Virus record (IMG/VR): IMGVR_UViG_3300042298_003052
Coordinates: 75,449-139,448 of that record
Direction: 5' to 3' (one strand)
Length of the DNA: 64,000 nt
Origin: a virus
The notes beneath the pieces were generated by a model, which was given only the letters and a program-made list of their open reading frames with translations, had not been told where the DNA came from and did no database searches. The translations under genes and the position numbers were made by a program. Shown one piece after another: positions 10,397 to 20,242 of this stretch. Position 1 is the stretch's first letter. Each line of letters begins with the position of its first letter.

Positions 10397-10602
10397 ACTA
10401 CTTGGATCATTTAATTAAAACTACCACGTTGGAAAAAATCTCGTATTTGGTAAAAACATTTGGTAGAAAAGAATTGGAAGTTCTCTATCAAAAATTGAAA
10501 ACTGTCACAAACTCGGACGACGAAGTGATAAATAAAAGTCGTGGAGAAATAGAAACAAAGGTGATAGAACTTTTCAAAAAGACAAAAAATGAAAAGTCCT
10601 AG
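10390..10602 (+). CDS. hypothetical protein
   Basis: operon context. Confidence 0.5.
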   Translation: MLNYLDHLIKTTTLEKISYLVKTFGRKELEVLYQKLKTVTNSDDEVINKSRGEIETKVIELFKKTKNEKS

Positions 10603-10819
10603 AAAAGCCTGGTGTATACATTACATTGGAAAGATTAAAGGTAAACACACGGCGTATAGAAAAGCTATAGCCATACAATACAAGGATGGTGCGATGTTAC
10701 CTTACGGTATTGTCTTTTTTGCCAAACACGGGAAAAGAGATGGATACTACATAACAAAATCGCTAAACGTTAATCCAATGTATGTAGATAGTAAAGAACT
10801 GTTTCTGACACCGCTATGA
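10589..10819 (+). CDS. hypothetical protein
   Basis: operon context. Confidence 0.5.
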   Translation: MKSPRKAWCIHYIGKIKGKHTAYRKAIAIQYKDGAMLPYGIVFFAKHGKRDGYYITKSLNVNPMYVDSKELFLTPL

Positions 10820-11436
10820 ACATAGTGAATCTGCCGCCTCTCCCAGTTCTTATAAGATCTGAGTATTTAGAGAATGGTGACTCTAAAAGACTTATAAAAG
10901 CACGATTAGCCACTGTAAAAAGTGTGCCAGGAGAGGCGTTTAGATTTGAGGTGTATATACCAGAATACGGAGCGTTATATGACAAACTTCCAATAGAATG
11001 TATTCTGCACAAAGAAGGAAATAATTACTTACAAACAAACGAATTACAGTTATGGGATTGTTTTGATAATTACATTAATGTGATTAAAAAAAGCGTTATA
11101 AACAATATAGATTGTATAGCCTATATAAGAAGCAAAAAGATGAGAGGTTATTATGTTCTTACTATAGATAGTTATACCCCATCAGATAGACTATCTTTAA
11201 GTTATACAGAAGATCCAGAAGAACATAAAAGTTTTAATATGATCGCATTAAATAACGGTCAATTTGCGCTTTTACCTAACAATAGAGTTCAGTTTGTAGA
11301 CGCAAGTTTAAGTGGTAGCGATAATCCTCCCTTACCTAAATTCAAAGTGGCCTCCAAACGGTACTACTGTGAAGGAGGATCTATCGCTACCGATGATTGG
11401 TCATACAGACTAACTTCAGAGGAGTCTAGCAGCTAA
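10816..11436 (+). CDS. conserved cyanophage hypothetical protein
   Basis: NLPP...EYL, YGALYDKLPI, LQLWDCF, EHKSFN...NGQFALLPNNR motifs recalled from aquatic phage proteins. Confidence 0.7.
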   Translation: MNIVNLPPLPVLIRSEYLENGDSKRLIKARLATVKSVPGEAFRFEVYIPEYGALYDKLPIECILHKEGNNYLQTNELQLWDCFDNYINVIKKSVINNIDCIAYIRSKKMRGYYVLTIDSYTPSDRLSLSYTEDPEEHKSFNMIALNNGQFALLPNNRVQFVDASLSGSDNPPLPKFKVASKRYYCEGGSIATDDWSYRLTSEESSS

Positions 11437-12735
11437 TTCACTCAAAGGCGATCGCTCTGTCTTACTCAATGTTATATGAGCAGAAAGATCGCTTTCTTTG
11501 AACCGTTCTACGACAAGACTTAACCCATTGCTACCACTATCTAAATAACTACTATCTATTTGAGTAGGATCTCCAGATAGTATACATTTAGAACCTTCAC
11601 CGATTCTAGTTAAAACGGTCTTCACTTCTGATGGACTCATATTCTGAGCTTCGTCTACCCATATATATTGTTCTGGTAGCGATCGTCCTCGTATGTGAGC
11701 AAGTGATTCAGCCTGTATAAGACCTTGTTCCTCTAGATCGTCATAAGCACTACGTTTGGTCTTTTTGTCGTGCTTATAGTTACAAATCACATCAAGGTTG
11801 TCTTTGATCGGAGCTAACCAAGGTGTTAGTTTCTCACTTAATGATCCTGGTAAAAACCCTAAATCGTTCTTAGAGCCTCCCATAGGCATTGTAGGCTTGG
11901 AAACCAACATACGAGTATAAACACCCGCCTGTACCTTTGATAAGCCCACAGCTAAGGCCATAAGACTCTTACCTGTACCAGCAGCACCACTTATCGTTAC
12001 AAGGGGTACAGAGTCATCTAAGAGTAAATGCAGGGCAAATGTTTGTTCTCTATTTTTAGGAGTGATTCTACTAATTTGATCCAGCTTTGGTAACGCTCTG
12101 ATCACTCCCTGTTTATAGATCGCTAGAACAGTATGAGAAGGATTCGCTACATCTCGTACAGTTATACACTCGTTAGGGAAGTAAGGATCGTTTGTAACAA
12201 TACCGCGATCAAATAACTGACTCATTTGATCTGCTGTCATAACGGTTTCTGAGTGACCATCATATAAATGTGTGTGGTCAATTTTCTCAGATCTGTAATC
12301 TTCTGTCTTTACACGAAGTCCACCCGCTTTTACACGGAGATTTATATCTTTAGTTACAAGAACAACTTGTTCATCACTCTTTTCTCGTAACTCAGTTAGA
12401 TATTTGGCTGTGGCGAGTAGACAATTATCAACTTTATCTCTAGACAATTCAGCCGGTATCTTAGATATAATTTCTTGACTGATGACAGATATAATTAGTT
12501 TGCCACCGTTAGGTAAAGATACACCTTGAATTAAATCGCCTTGTTGACGTAATTTATCAAGCTCCCTAGAAACGTGTCTTGCATTACGATTTAATACGCC
12601 ATCTCCTGTTTTGAAAGAATCCAATTCTTCTAAAACACTTATACAAAGAACTACAACATTATCATCAAACTTGTATATGGATAGGCTGTCATGCAATAGA
12701 ACATTGGTATCTAGAACGTAATACTTTACCATCAT
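11416..12735 (-). CDS. phoH: PhoH family protein with N-terminal PIN domain (PhoH2/YlaK type)
   Basis: YVLDTNVLLHD PIN start; GAAGTGKS Walker A; LGFLPG, IRGRSL, DEAQN, GDPTQID. Confidence 0.93.
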   Translation of the reverse strand: MMVKYYVLDTNVLLHDSLSIYKFDDNVVVLCISVLEELDSFKTGDGVLNRNARHVSRELDKLRQQGDLIQGVSLPNGGKLIISVISQEIISKIPAELSRDKVDNCLLATAKYLTELREKSDEQVVLVTKDINLRVKAGGLRVKTEDYRSEKIDHTHLYDGHSETVMTADQMSQLFDRGIVTNDPYFPNECITVRDVANPSHTVLAIYKQGVIRALPKLDQISRITPKNREQTFALHLLLDDSVPLVTISGAAGTGKSLMALAVGLSKVQAGVYTRMLVSKPTMPMGGSKNDLGFLPGSLSEKLTPWLAPIKDNLDVICNYKHDKKTKRSAYDDLEEQGLIQAESLAHIRGRSLPEQYIWVDEAQNMSPSEVKTVLTRIGEGSKCILSGDPTQIDSSYLDSGSNGLSLVVERFKESDLSAHITLSKTERSPLSELAARLL

Positions 12736-12804
12736 TCACACAGATCGCATCGATCTATATAATAATTGATTCAAACTCGTGCGATCAAAAGGACGGATTT
12801 AGAC

Positions 12805-12828
12805 AAAAAAAAAGACCCTTTTCAGGGT
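12805..12828 (-). terminator. intrinsic terminator downstream of tRNA-Thr
   Basis: minus strand GACCCTGAAAAGGGTC followed by a T run. Confidence 0.65.
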
Positions 12829-12976
12829 CACAATTGATACCTTTCTTAAGGCGTTCTACCAGTAATCGATGTGCTGCTAACCATGCTTGATGTTTGCGCG
12901 GCGTTTTCTTGCTCTTCCTTTGAGGTTCGCCACTTGCTTGCCAGTTAGGTTGTATCATGGTATGTCCTCCTGTAGA

Positions 12977-13049
12977 AGCCGCCACCGAGACTCGAACTCG
13001 GAACCTTCGGTTTACAAAACCACTGCTCCACCGATTGAGCTATGGCGGC
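12977..13049 (-). tRNA. tRNA-Thr(TGT)
   Basis: GCCGCCA acceptor stem, TAGCTCAATCGG D arm, TTTGTAA anticodon loop, TTCGAGT T loop. Confidence 0.92.
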
Positions 13050-13112
13050 ATGACCTGTGCAATACTATAGCACCTATGATATGATATCGACAACCAATTA
13101 GCTTAGGAACCA

Positions 13113-13313
13113 ATGGAAGAACTTACCTTAGAACAAGAACTTGAATTGGTCGTATTCGATAAAAAAGTCGATATGATGAGCGGCGATCAGGCCAGGGATT
13201 TATTAAAGAAAGTTCACAGAACCATGATAATCAGAGAAACAATGTATAAGACTATACTGAAAAAAAGTCTGGGTGTAAAGGATTATCAACAAAACATTAA
13301 TCGTCAACTATGA
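13113..13313 (+). CDS. nblA: phycobilisome degradation protein NblA
   Basis: ELTLEQELEL...V..MS.DQARDLL...MIIRETMYK.ILK..LG matches the NblA consensus. Confidence 0.9.
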   Translation: MEELTLEQELELVVFDKKVDMMSGDQARDLLKKVHRTMIIRETMYKTILKKSLGVKDYQQNINRQL

Positions 13314-13543
13314 AAATTCAAATCTGTCCTGTTTGTGAAACTCGGGTTTTAGAAGGTAGATTTTATGTTAGTAGACCTGTTAAGAACGGTGAAACGTTCG
13401 AGCGGATCTATGATGTAGAGTTTCCACCAGATGTACAACACACACGTATTTGTCAGTACGCTAAGAAACAAGGATGTCTGAACACCTGTAAAGTTATTAA
13501 TGAAAAGGAACTTTTTGAAAATCGAAATCTCGGAATTAATTAA
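13310..13543 (+). CDS. small Cys-rich protein resembling a cyanobacterial conserved hypothetical
   Basis: CPVC...RICQYA...GCLN; ATGA coupling with nblA. Confidence 0.55.
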   Translation: MKIQICPVCETRVLEGRFYVSRPVKNGETFERIYDVEFPPDVQHTRICQYAKKQGCLNTCKVINEKELFENRNLGIN

Positions 13544-13958
13544 AATGTATCTGATCGCTAAGAATAAATATAGGTTTGATATACCTATTAGTCTTCAAAG
13601 AAACCATCTCCTAGATATATGGCATCTAGACAAAGCTCATTGGTTTACTTTGTGCGGTGTAAAAGTAAAAGAAGTTTTTTCAAAATCTTCTGAGTTAGTA
13701 CGATTTAATCTAGAACGTTTTGGTCACACACAAGAAGTGACTATAGAACAAGATCGCAACGTCACGAAAGTTAACGTGAATAACTGCATGTTAATCTTTA
13801 CCATTGAGGAAGAGAAGGAAAATCATCACTTTCTGAATGTAGAAATGCGATCTGACTATAGAGTGCTGCGTATACTGTGGCCGATTATCCAGTTGGTGTT
13901 TCTATTGACGGTCATAGAAGACATCGTGTATTATAAAAAAAGTGAGACATTAGCTTAA
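13500..13958 (+). CDS. hypothetical protein (start possibly 13545)
   Basis: ORF in the nblA operon; its end overlaps tRNA-Lys. Confidence 0.5.
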   Translation: MKRNFLKIEISELIKMYLIAKNKYRFDIPISLQRNHLLDIWHLDKAHWFTLCGVKVKEVFSKSSELVRFNLERFGHTQEVTIEQDRNVTKVNVNNCMLIFTIEEEKENHHFLNVEMRSDYRVLRILWPIIQLVFLLTVIEDIVYYKKSETLA

Positions 13959-14014
13959 CGGTAAAGCACGGGGCTTTTAACCTCTTGATGGAAGTTCGAT
14001 TCTTCCATGTCTCA
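13944..14014 (+). tRNA. tRNA-Lys(TTT)
   Basis: GAGACAT/ATGTCTC acceptor stem, CTTTTAA anticodon loop, GGAAG-TTCGATT-CTTCC T arm. Confidence 0.85.
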
Positions 14015-14049
14015 TTCTCATTGAACAGTTAACAAAGGAGGACATAGAA

Positions 14050-14526
14050 ATGGTATCAATTAACAGAGATGTTTTGGAAGAACGTATTCTTGACTTTGAA
14101 GATGCGGTGACCGCCGCAGGTACAGAGTTTTACGGTATCGGACCACTGTTTGGGGATATTGTCCGCCACTGGCTGCAAAAACAAACTGGAGAAAGTGTAG
14201 AGCTGTTGGCTATTGCCCTCGCGATTGAAACGTGGCTACGCGATGACTTTGCTAAGCTCGTAGAGCAATACGCTAGTAGAGAGAAGTATGCAGGTTCCTT
14301 GGAGGGTAAAATCGACACTATTGTACGTGTAGCCAAAAATCGGCTCATTACAGCCAAAGAAGCCTGGTCTGAGGGTAGAGAGTTTTATTCCACTATCTAT
14401 GGCCAACATCATGAGCTCAAGCGCAAGCTCATGAAGGAATCCTCCGACGAAGAGATAATGGATAGTATTCATGAAACGGCTGCTGAAAATAGAGATAACC
14501 GTAGGCTGATACGGGGACAAGGCTAA
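14050..14526 (+). CDS. hypothetical helical protein
   Basis: strong AAGGAGG RBS; 158 aa. Confidence 0.65.
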   Translation: MVSINRDVLEERILDFEDAVTAAGTEFYGIGPLFGDIVRHWLQKQTGESVELLAIALAIETWLRDDFAKLVEQYASREKYAGSLEGKIDTIVRVAKNRLITAKEAWSEGREFYSTIYGQHHELKRKLMKESSDEEIMDSIHETAAENRDNRRLIRGQG

Positions 14527-14619
14527 AGGCGCACTTTGAATAACGGAACAGAAATAAGGAAATAAAAAGCGGTTGTTTGAAAAGCGTCTCTATTTGTTCT
14601 ATAATACTTAAAAAAATAC

Positions 14620-14692
14620 CCAGGGTTGGCCGAGCGGATTAGGCAACGAACTCATAATTCGTCTTAGGTAGGTTCAACTCCTACACTCTGGA
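14620..14692 (+). tRNA. tRNA with CAT anticodon, probably Ile2 (lysidine type)
   Basis: CCAGGGT/ACTCTGG acceptor, CTCATAA loop; resembles cyanobacterial tRNA-Ile2; lacks the initiator GGG/CCC anticodon stem. Confidence 0.85.
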
Positions 14693-14696
14693 CTTC

Positions 14697-14772
14697 CCTC
14701 TGCTGGGCTAATTGGACAAGCCACCACCCTTCTAAGGTGTTCATCATCCTGGTTCAAGTCCAGGGCAGAGGA
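14697..14772 (+). tRNA. tRNA-Arg(TCT)
   Basis: CCTCTGC/GCAGAGG acceptor, CTTCTAA loop, CCTGG-TTCAAGT-CCAGG T arm. Confidence 0.85.
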
Positions 14773-14795
14773 TCAATCTATTAATCGCATAAACA

Positions 14796-14832
14796 AAAAA
14801 AAAGATCGCAATTGGGTGACTCAATTGCGATC
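14796..14832 (-). terminator. intrinsic terminator with HIP1-like stem
   Basis: GATCGCAATTG/CAATTGCGATC stem with an A run on its left (T run on minus strand). Confidence 0.65.
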
Positions 14833-14867
14833 CGGAAACCATGTTCTAAACCTAAAACTATTATAGA

Positions 14868-15041
14868 CTAACTTTCTTCAAACGATCGCACTTTGTTACA
14901 ATATCGTGCGAATTGGCCATAGGTCCAACCATTACGTTGGCACATCCAATTGCGATGAGCTTGTGCCCACATCTCGTCATTCGGATAATTCTCCCTTAGA
15001 GGAGCTGGATTTGTCAGGTCGAACAGAGTTTTTAGTACCAT
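14868..15041 (-). CDS. 57-aa protein (not in ORF track) with partial RyR-like motif
   Basis: MVLKTLFDLTNPAPLRENYPNDEMWAQAHRNWMCQRNGWTYGQFARYCNKVRSFEES. Confidence 0.4.
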   Translation of the reverse strand: MVLKTLFDLTNPAPLRENYPNDEMWAQAHRNWMCQRNGWTYGQFARYCNKVRSFEES

Positions 15042-15621
15042 AGATGATTTTTAACTCACTCAATACAAATATATTACCATCTCTCTTAGCTTTACCGACT
15101 ACATGACGACCGAATTTTAATCCTTTTGGTAACTTGAAATCTTCTGGTATGACAACATTATAAAAATTAAAATCTTTGTTGCTGTGTCCTCTACGTCCTA
15201 CATACAAAGCTAAAGATGTATCACTTGTGCTCTTACCGACACTAGCTTCAAATTCTAGCCAGTCAACAGGACGATCGCGACCATCACCACAAGCAAACGG
15301 TACGATACCCTGAAATTTGTTCAATGCTTGAGGATAAACTGACCAGAGATGATCCTCTTTGAAATACTTTTCTATATCCGCTAGAACTCTAGTAATAAAA
15401 GTAGAATCAGATCGCGCCAGATCCAAAACTCTAAATACTGATCCATCAGTGCATCTAAACATCAAAGTGCGATCGCCCTTATCGTTAGGCAAAGATCGTA
15501 CTAGCCTACCATTGAGCCATGCAACACATTTGAAGTCAATTTTGTTACCTTTTTTATAAGATGGCTTTTTAGAGCGATCTGCTTTTTGTTCAGGTGTTAG
15601 AATGACAGGTTTAGAGATCAT
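14977..15621 (-). CDS. hypothetical basic protein (possible tandem OB folds)
   Basis: AAAGGA RBS; downstream of the primase-helicase. Confidence 0.55.
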   Translation of the reverse strand: MISKPVILTPEQKADRSKKPSYKKGNKIDFKCVAWLNGRLVRSLPNDKGDRTLMFRCTDGSVFRVLDLARSDSTFITRVLADIEKYFKEDHLWSVYPQALNKFQGIVPFACGDGRDRPVDWLEFEASVGKSTSDTSLALYVGRRGHSNKDFNFYNVVIPEDFKLPKGLKFGRHVVGKAKRDGNIFVLSELKIIYGTKNSVRPDKSSSSKGELSE

Positions 15622-15654
15622 AAACGTCCTTTAATGTGCGATGGATAGAGTATA

Positions 15655-18261
15655 TCACAGTTCGTTTGATTCGCTGTTGTCTCCAAAGTATACAATCTCA
15701 ACGTCGGTTTCTTTATAGGAAGGAATAGGATATCCACTGTAAAGATAAACCGTACAATCGTTTCTAAGAATACGAGATCGTCCGATCGCTTGAATAAGAT
15801 TAGATTCGATTAATGCACATTGAATAGCTTGAAGGTTTGGATCTTCAAATGTGTTTAATTTGAATCTATATCCGTTTCGATTGATCACAAGAGTCGTGGT
15901 ATTAACATGGTCCGCCGTCAAATAGTCTAAACCCATTGCAGCAGCAATAATGAAAACCTGATTGGGAGAAGGATAGGGAGTGCCTACCACGTTGATACTA
16001 TTTCCATTCAAAGAATCATATCCTGCACAATTACCGAAATAGGAGTCAGCAGGATTCTTAAATTTATGTCTAAAATCTTTGAATGTGATAGTAGGTAAAT
16101 CTCCGGCTTTATCAACCACTTTGTTTATGGTATTGGGAACATTTAGACTAGATTTGCTACAGGAGTTAGACATATCCTGGACCAAGTTGCCTACAGGCAC
16201 GACATTGGAAATATCGATAAATTCTAAGCGATCGCCAAATAGTTCGCGATAAATATGTTCATCAGCGGTAGCGGAAAGAATAATAATTTTGCGATCTGTA
16301 GGAATATCTTTCTTATGGGCATAGTGCATCTTACCTTCAAACTTGTCATCATTAACGTAGAAGCCCTTCATACGGAACAGATCTAAAATGTTGCCTGAGA
16401 AGTGTCCAGAAGGGGCAGCAGCAACTAAACTAATCAACTCGCTTAGTGTATCACTCAGATTGACTCTGATGGTCTCAACGGTCTTCAGGCGCTTGTTAAT
16501 GTACGTTTGATATTCCTTGATTACAGGGAGAAAATCTCTTTTAAGTTGTTGAGAACCTTCAGTGTCCACCAAGTTCTCAAGTCGATAAAGATCTTCACGG
16601 GTTACATAATGAGAAGGAATAATGACATTTAAAATATCTTCATCACAGATAATAGTTTTACAATGACCAAAAGGATATTTACCGTCTTTTTGATTCTTCG
16701 TGAACATCTTAGCGTGGGTAGTCCACACAGATTTGTGATTTTGTCCATAGGTCAGACTATTGGCCTGAAAATACAAATCCAAAGCGTTTAAGACTTCAGG
16801 ACTGTTAGAGGTATCCTTTCTAAGCGCTGCGATCTTATTTTGAGCAACTTGGTAAAGACCGACAGAATAATAATACTCAAGCTCTGAGGCAAGATCTTCA
16901 GGGATACAATCAGGTAGTTTAGGAGTAACGTATACAGGTAAATTGAACAAAATACTGTTCCGTTTGATTGGTTCGATCGCTAAAAGATCATCAAACGAAG
17001 GAATACCAATCTTTTTACCTAATTCATCTTTAAGAGCATGAGTAGGAAAAGCATAAGCTACAGGTTCATGAGTATCGTTGAAAGAATCTATTAACAATGT
17101 GCTCTTGCCTAATCCAGTAGCACAATTGAAAACATAAACTTTAGTGTCATTAGATTCACAAGCCTTCAAAAATTCATGTTTCATTTTTCTTTCTGCATCC
17201 TTTAATTGAAACGCCTTTCTTACATAGTTTGCCACAGGAACAGGTTCGGAGTACTGATTTGAGTAGGTAGCCTGAAGAATATTCTTATATTCCCAATCTT
17301 CCTCAAAAGGACTAAAATTCTCTAAGCGAGAAGGATTATAATCACGACCCTTGATAGAAGAGAGAACTGCATAATGTTTACTCTCATAGGTACCAGTGGC
17401 ATCCATCACCTGTCTCATCCACACTATACCACCTTCAATACACTGAAGATTGGTAGCAATACCAAATAGTTCGGGATAGGTTAGACGCGCTCCAGCATTA
17501 TACTCCTCCGTCGAACGAATGAATCCGCCCATCTTAAAACTCTTTAATATTGTGAGCTTATCAGATAATTCTCCAAAGTCAACGCCTCTAATAAGTTCGA
17601 TATCGGCTTCAGTATGTTGAAATTGTAAAAGTTCTGCGATCGTATCTTTAGAGACTCTGTTCTTAGCCTTCGTTGAATGTCCACTGATAGCAACTTGATG
17701 ATTACGCGCAGCAGCTTCAAGTTCAGTATATGTTAAGGAACGAGAATCAAAATTGGGATATAGTATCTCTTTACCACCATAATACCAACGATTACAGTTT
17801 GAACACTGCTTATCAGATTCAGGAAACAAGAATTTAGCCAGTAAAAATTGGATAGAATCAGCCACTTCCATAGATGTAGCGGCATCACCTAAATCGAAAA
17901 TGATCCTAAATCTTGGATCGCTACCAGTATGAGAGAACGTACTATAAAAGAATTTCCAAGGAAGATGATAAAAGTCAAGTCTCTCTTTGAATATATCAGC
18001 AGGTAACTTACACTCGAAATCGACTTCAAAAATTCGTTGATACAACCAGTTGTCTTTCTCACATCCTTTGCCGTCAGTGATCATAGGTAAAACACTATGT
18101 CCCTCAACGATGAGATCAGCTAATTCTTCCCAACTCTTTTCAACCTCATAATTGAATATTCTTTTTGCGATCGCAGGTGCAGGAGATCCTTTTCCCTTCC
18201 CTTTAGGAGGACGATCGCTGAATTTCTGAGGGTCTACACAAAATCTAACTCTGTCTTTCAT
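15655..18261 (-). CDS. primase-helicase / replication protein
   Basis: EVDFE and YSTFSHTGSDPRFRIIF prim-pol motifs; CATGLGKS Walker A, IICDED Walker B, ILSATA, QAIGRSR SF2 motifs. Confidence 0.8.
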   Translation of the reverse strand: MKDRVRFCVDPQKFSDRPPKGKGKGSPAPAIAKRIFNYEVEKSWEELADLIVEGHSVLPMITDGKGCEKDNWLYQRIFEVDFECKLPADIFKERLDFYHLPWKFFYSTFSHTGSDPRFRIIFDLGDAATSMEVADSIQFLLAKFLFPESDKQCSNCNRWYYGGKEILYPNFDSRSLTYTELEAAARNHQVAISGHSTKAKNRVSKDTIAELLQFQHTEADIELIRGVDFGELSDKLTILKSFKMGGFIRSTEEYNAGARLTYPELFGIATNLQCIEGGIVWMRQVMDATGTYESKHYAVLSSIKGRDYNPSRLENFSPFEEDWEYKNILQATYSNQYSEPVPVANYVRKAFQLKDAERKMKHEFLKACESNDTKVYVFNCATGLGKSTLLIDSFNDTHEPVAYAFPTHALKDELGKKIGIPSFDDLLAIEPIKRNSILFNLPVYVTPKLPDCIPEDLASELEYYYSVGLYQVAQNKIAALRKDTSNSPEVLNALDLYFQANSLTYGQNHKSVWTTHAKMFTKNQKDGKYPFGHCKTIICDEDILNVIIPSHYVTREDLYRLENLVDTEGSQQLKRDFLPVIKEYQTYINKRLKTVETIRVNLSDTLSELISLVAAAPSGHFSGNILDLFRMKGFYVNDDKFEGKMHYAHKKDIPTDRKIIILSATADEHIYRELFGDRLEFIDISNVVPVGNLVQDMSNSCSKSSLNVPNTINKVVDKAGDLPTITFKDFRHKFKNPADSYFGNCAGYDSLNGNSINVVGTPYPSPNQVFIIAAAMGLDYLTADHVNTTTLVINRNGYRFKLNTFEDPNLQAIQCALIESNLIQAIGRSRILRNDCTVYLYSGYPIPSYKETDVEIVYFGDNSESNEL

Positions 18262-18293
18262 AATTATATGGATCCAATGTGTTCTATTGATAA

Positions 18294-18503
18294 TTAACTA
18301 TTTGCTTCTCTCTCTTTAACCAAATCCAATCCCATACGAATAACGTTAGCCATTGTGCAACCCATCTTTACTGACAGATCATATAGTTCTTGTTTTTCGG
18401 CTTCAGTCATCAAAAGCGGATAGGTGACTTTAGGTGTTTTCTCTGAAAAAGTACGATACGCACCTCTTTTCATCTCTCTCATGACTTGTTTCATCTGAAT
18501 CAC
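18294..18503 (-). CDS. ribbon-helix-helix (CopG-like) regulator
   Basis: VTYPLLMTEAEKQELYDLSVKMGCTMANVIRMGLD RHH pattern; upstream of the replication gene. Confidence 0.6.
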   Translation of the reverse strand: MIQMKQVMREMKRGAYRTFSEKTPKVTYPLLMTEAEKQELYDLSVKMGCTMANVIRMGLDLVKEREANS

Positions 18504-18603
18504 CTTGAATTAAGTGTATTAGTAACTCATTATAAACGATTATTCACTTTTGAGTACATAAAATACATGGTGTATTAACCGATCAGTATATTATCAAAAG
18601 ATC

Positions 18604-18796
18604 CCCCCAATCATCCAAGATGCCAGAAGCGCACCTGATCTCTAGTTTTGAAAGAACATACAAGTGCGATCGCGTTATTAAGATCGAAAATGGACAAAAA
18701 AACGCAGTTACTATATATACTATAGCGATCGCGTTTTTTTGTCCAAATCGAGAGTAAAAGGCGAGGGCTCTCTCTGGCATCTTGGATGATTGGGGG
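18604..18796. repeat. nested inverted repeats, candidate replication origin
   Basis: perfect 24-bp arms 18604-18627/18773-18796 and 15-bp arms 18691-18705/18731-18745. Confidence 0.75.
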
Positions 18797-19171
18797 TATT
18801 AAGTATATATACCTACACATATATCAACATTTACAGGTTAAAAACGCACTGTTTTTACGATTTCACACGATTTTATAGGTACCCACGATTTTCTTCAATT
18901 TTGAAAAGGATAAGGCTCAAACCCATGTACATCAATAGTTATAGCGATCAGAGAATGCGAGAAAGAATCAAGGGATACTTATAATGGGGGACGTTGAAAC
19001 CATTGATATATATGGATCATAGTGATTTAACAGAAAAGAGTGAAAAACGATAGAAAATTAATACTCAACTCGCTGAGACCCGCATTCTCTCGTTAAAGAA
19101 AAACCACATTTTGATAAAAATTAATGTCTATAAGAATCACAGGTAAAAAAGAGTTATCGTTCATCCTTTTC

Positions 19172-19222
19172 CATTTTGACTAATCGATTGGACCAAATTG
19201 ACCTGATCGATTGGTCAAAATG
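19172..19222. repeat. palindromic iteron-like element (TTGACCAATCGATT family)
   Basis: CATTTTGACTAATCGAT...ATCGATTGGTCAAAATG; same motif as 46769-46917. Confidence 0.65.
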
Positions 19223-19350
19223 AAATTCACTCAAATTAGACGATCTGAGTACATATACTCATATCTGATCAAAACGATCGCGATCGTTCCTTCTCTATAC
19301 ACCTCACCATTTTCGTGCTATGATGAGATCGTCTATGCAAACAACCTAAG

Positions 19351-19707
19351 ATGGATATATCTAAAGTACTTCGACTACCATGTGTGGCTCAACATGAGCT
19401 ATACGATGTTCCTGAAGATTTTGATCATCTAACTGAAATACTAGAAGATGTATTTGACTTTGTAGAAACAGAAGATGACTATGAATGTTTCTTCCCTGTA
19501 GGTGCTCCTATTCTCTCATCTAATGATGTCATTGGAGCAGAAGAGAATGAGTTAGTAGATGGAGAAACCCTCCTAGCCCAGACATACGGCCTTGTAACGT
19601 GCCTCAGCGAAGATCCCGTACTGTTTATGGTAGAATGCGATCAATGTACCGATTACGGCCTTGTGGATGGGCTGGTGCTCAATGTGTATAGAGAGTTTCG
19701 TTCTTAA
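19351..19707 (+). CDS. acidic hypothetical protein
   Basis: ATG ORF after TGcTATGAT extended -10. Confidence 0.55.
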   Translation: MDISKVLRLPCVAQHELYDVPEDFDHLTEILEDVFDFVETEDDYECFFPVGAPILSSNDVIGAEENELVDGETLLAQTYGLVTCLSEDPVLFMVECDQCTDYGLVDGLVLNVYREFRS

Positions 19708-19740
19708 CGATCCTCGACAACTATCCATCGACGACATATA

Positions 19741-20202
19741 ATGACCACATACAACCAAAAGGAGACCACCATGAGTCCACTAGCAGAGCAATTAAACGAG
19801 TTACAAGAACTCTTGTTTAAGTTCCCACTGGATTATATACGCCTTACCCAAGACGCGGATCAACAGAAACTTATTAACGAGGAACAGAGACTTGTTAGCG
19901 ATCATACCGAACTCTTACTGAGATTCCTGTCCTGTCTATCGCAAACTGAGATCAGAACACACGAAGCCATCTTAAATAATTCCAAGTTCAAGGAAGGTGA
20001 TCTAGTTAAAGTATATTCACCACCTGTACAAGGATATGGGTCAATTGTGGAGGTGTGTTTGCAACATCGAGAACCAGATCTTTCTAGTGTGGGCGTATAT
20101 TATGAAGTGGTCTTAACACGCGATCTTTGTAATGAACCATTAATCGATGAACTCTTCTATGTCGAAGAGAAGTATATTTCCCTAGTTAAAGAACACGTCT
20201 AA
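19741..20202 (+). CDS. hypothetical protein with SH3-like C-terminus (start probably 19771)
   Basis: KFKEGDLVKV...G.IVEV...YYEV; AAGGAG RBS before 19771. Confidence 0.55.
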   Translation: MTTYNQKETTMSPLAEQLNELQELLFKFPLDYIRLTQDADQQKLINEEQRLVSDHTELLLRFLSCLSQTEIRTHEAILNNSKFKEGDLVKVYSPPVQGYGSIVEVCLQHREPDLSSVGVYYEVVLTRDLCNEPLIDELFYVEEKYISLVKEHV

Positions 20203-20242
20203 TTCTTTAATAACGTAAATATCTAAAAAAGGAGAATTCACC

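Noticed and set aside
12785-13084. ORFs 12785-12985 (-) and 12887-13084 (+)
   Set aside because: They overlap tRNA-Thr and its terminator; no convincing RBS
18583-18984. Three short ORFs in the origin-like region
   Set aside because: They run through nested inverted repeats with weak starts; likely non-coding
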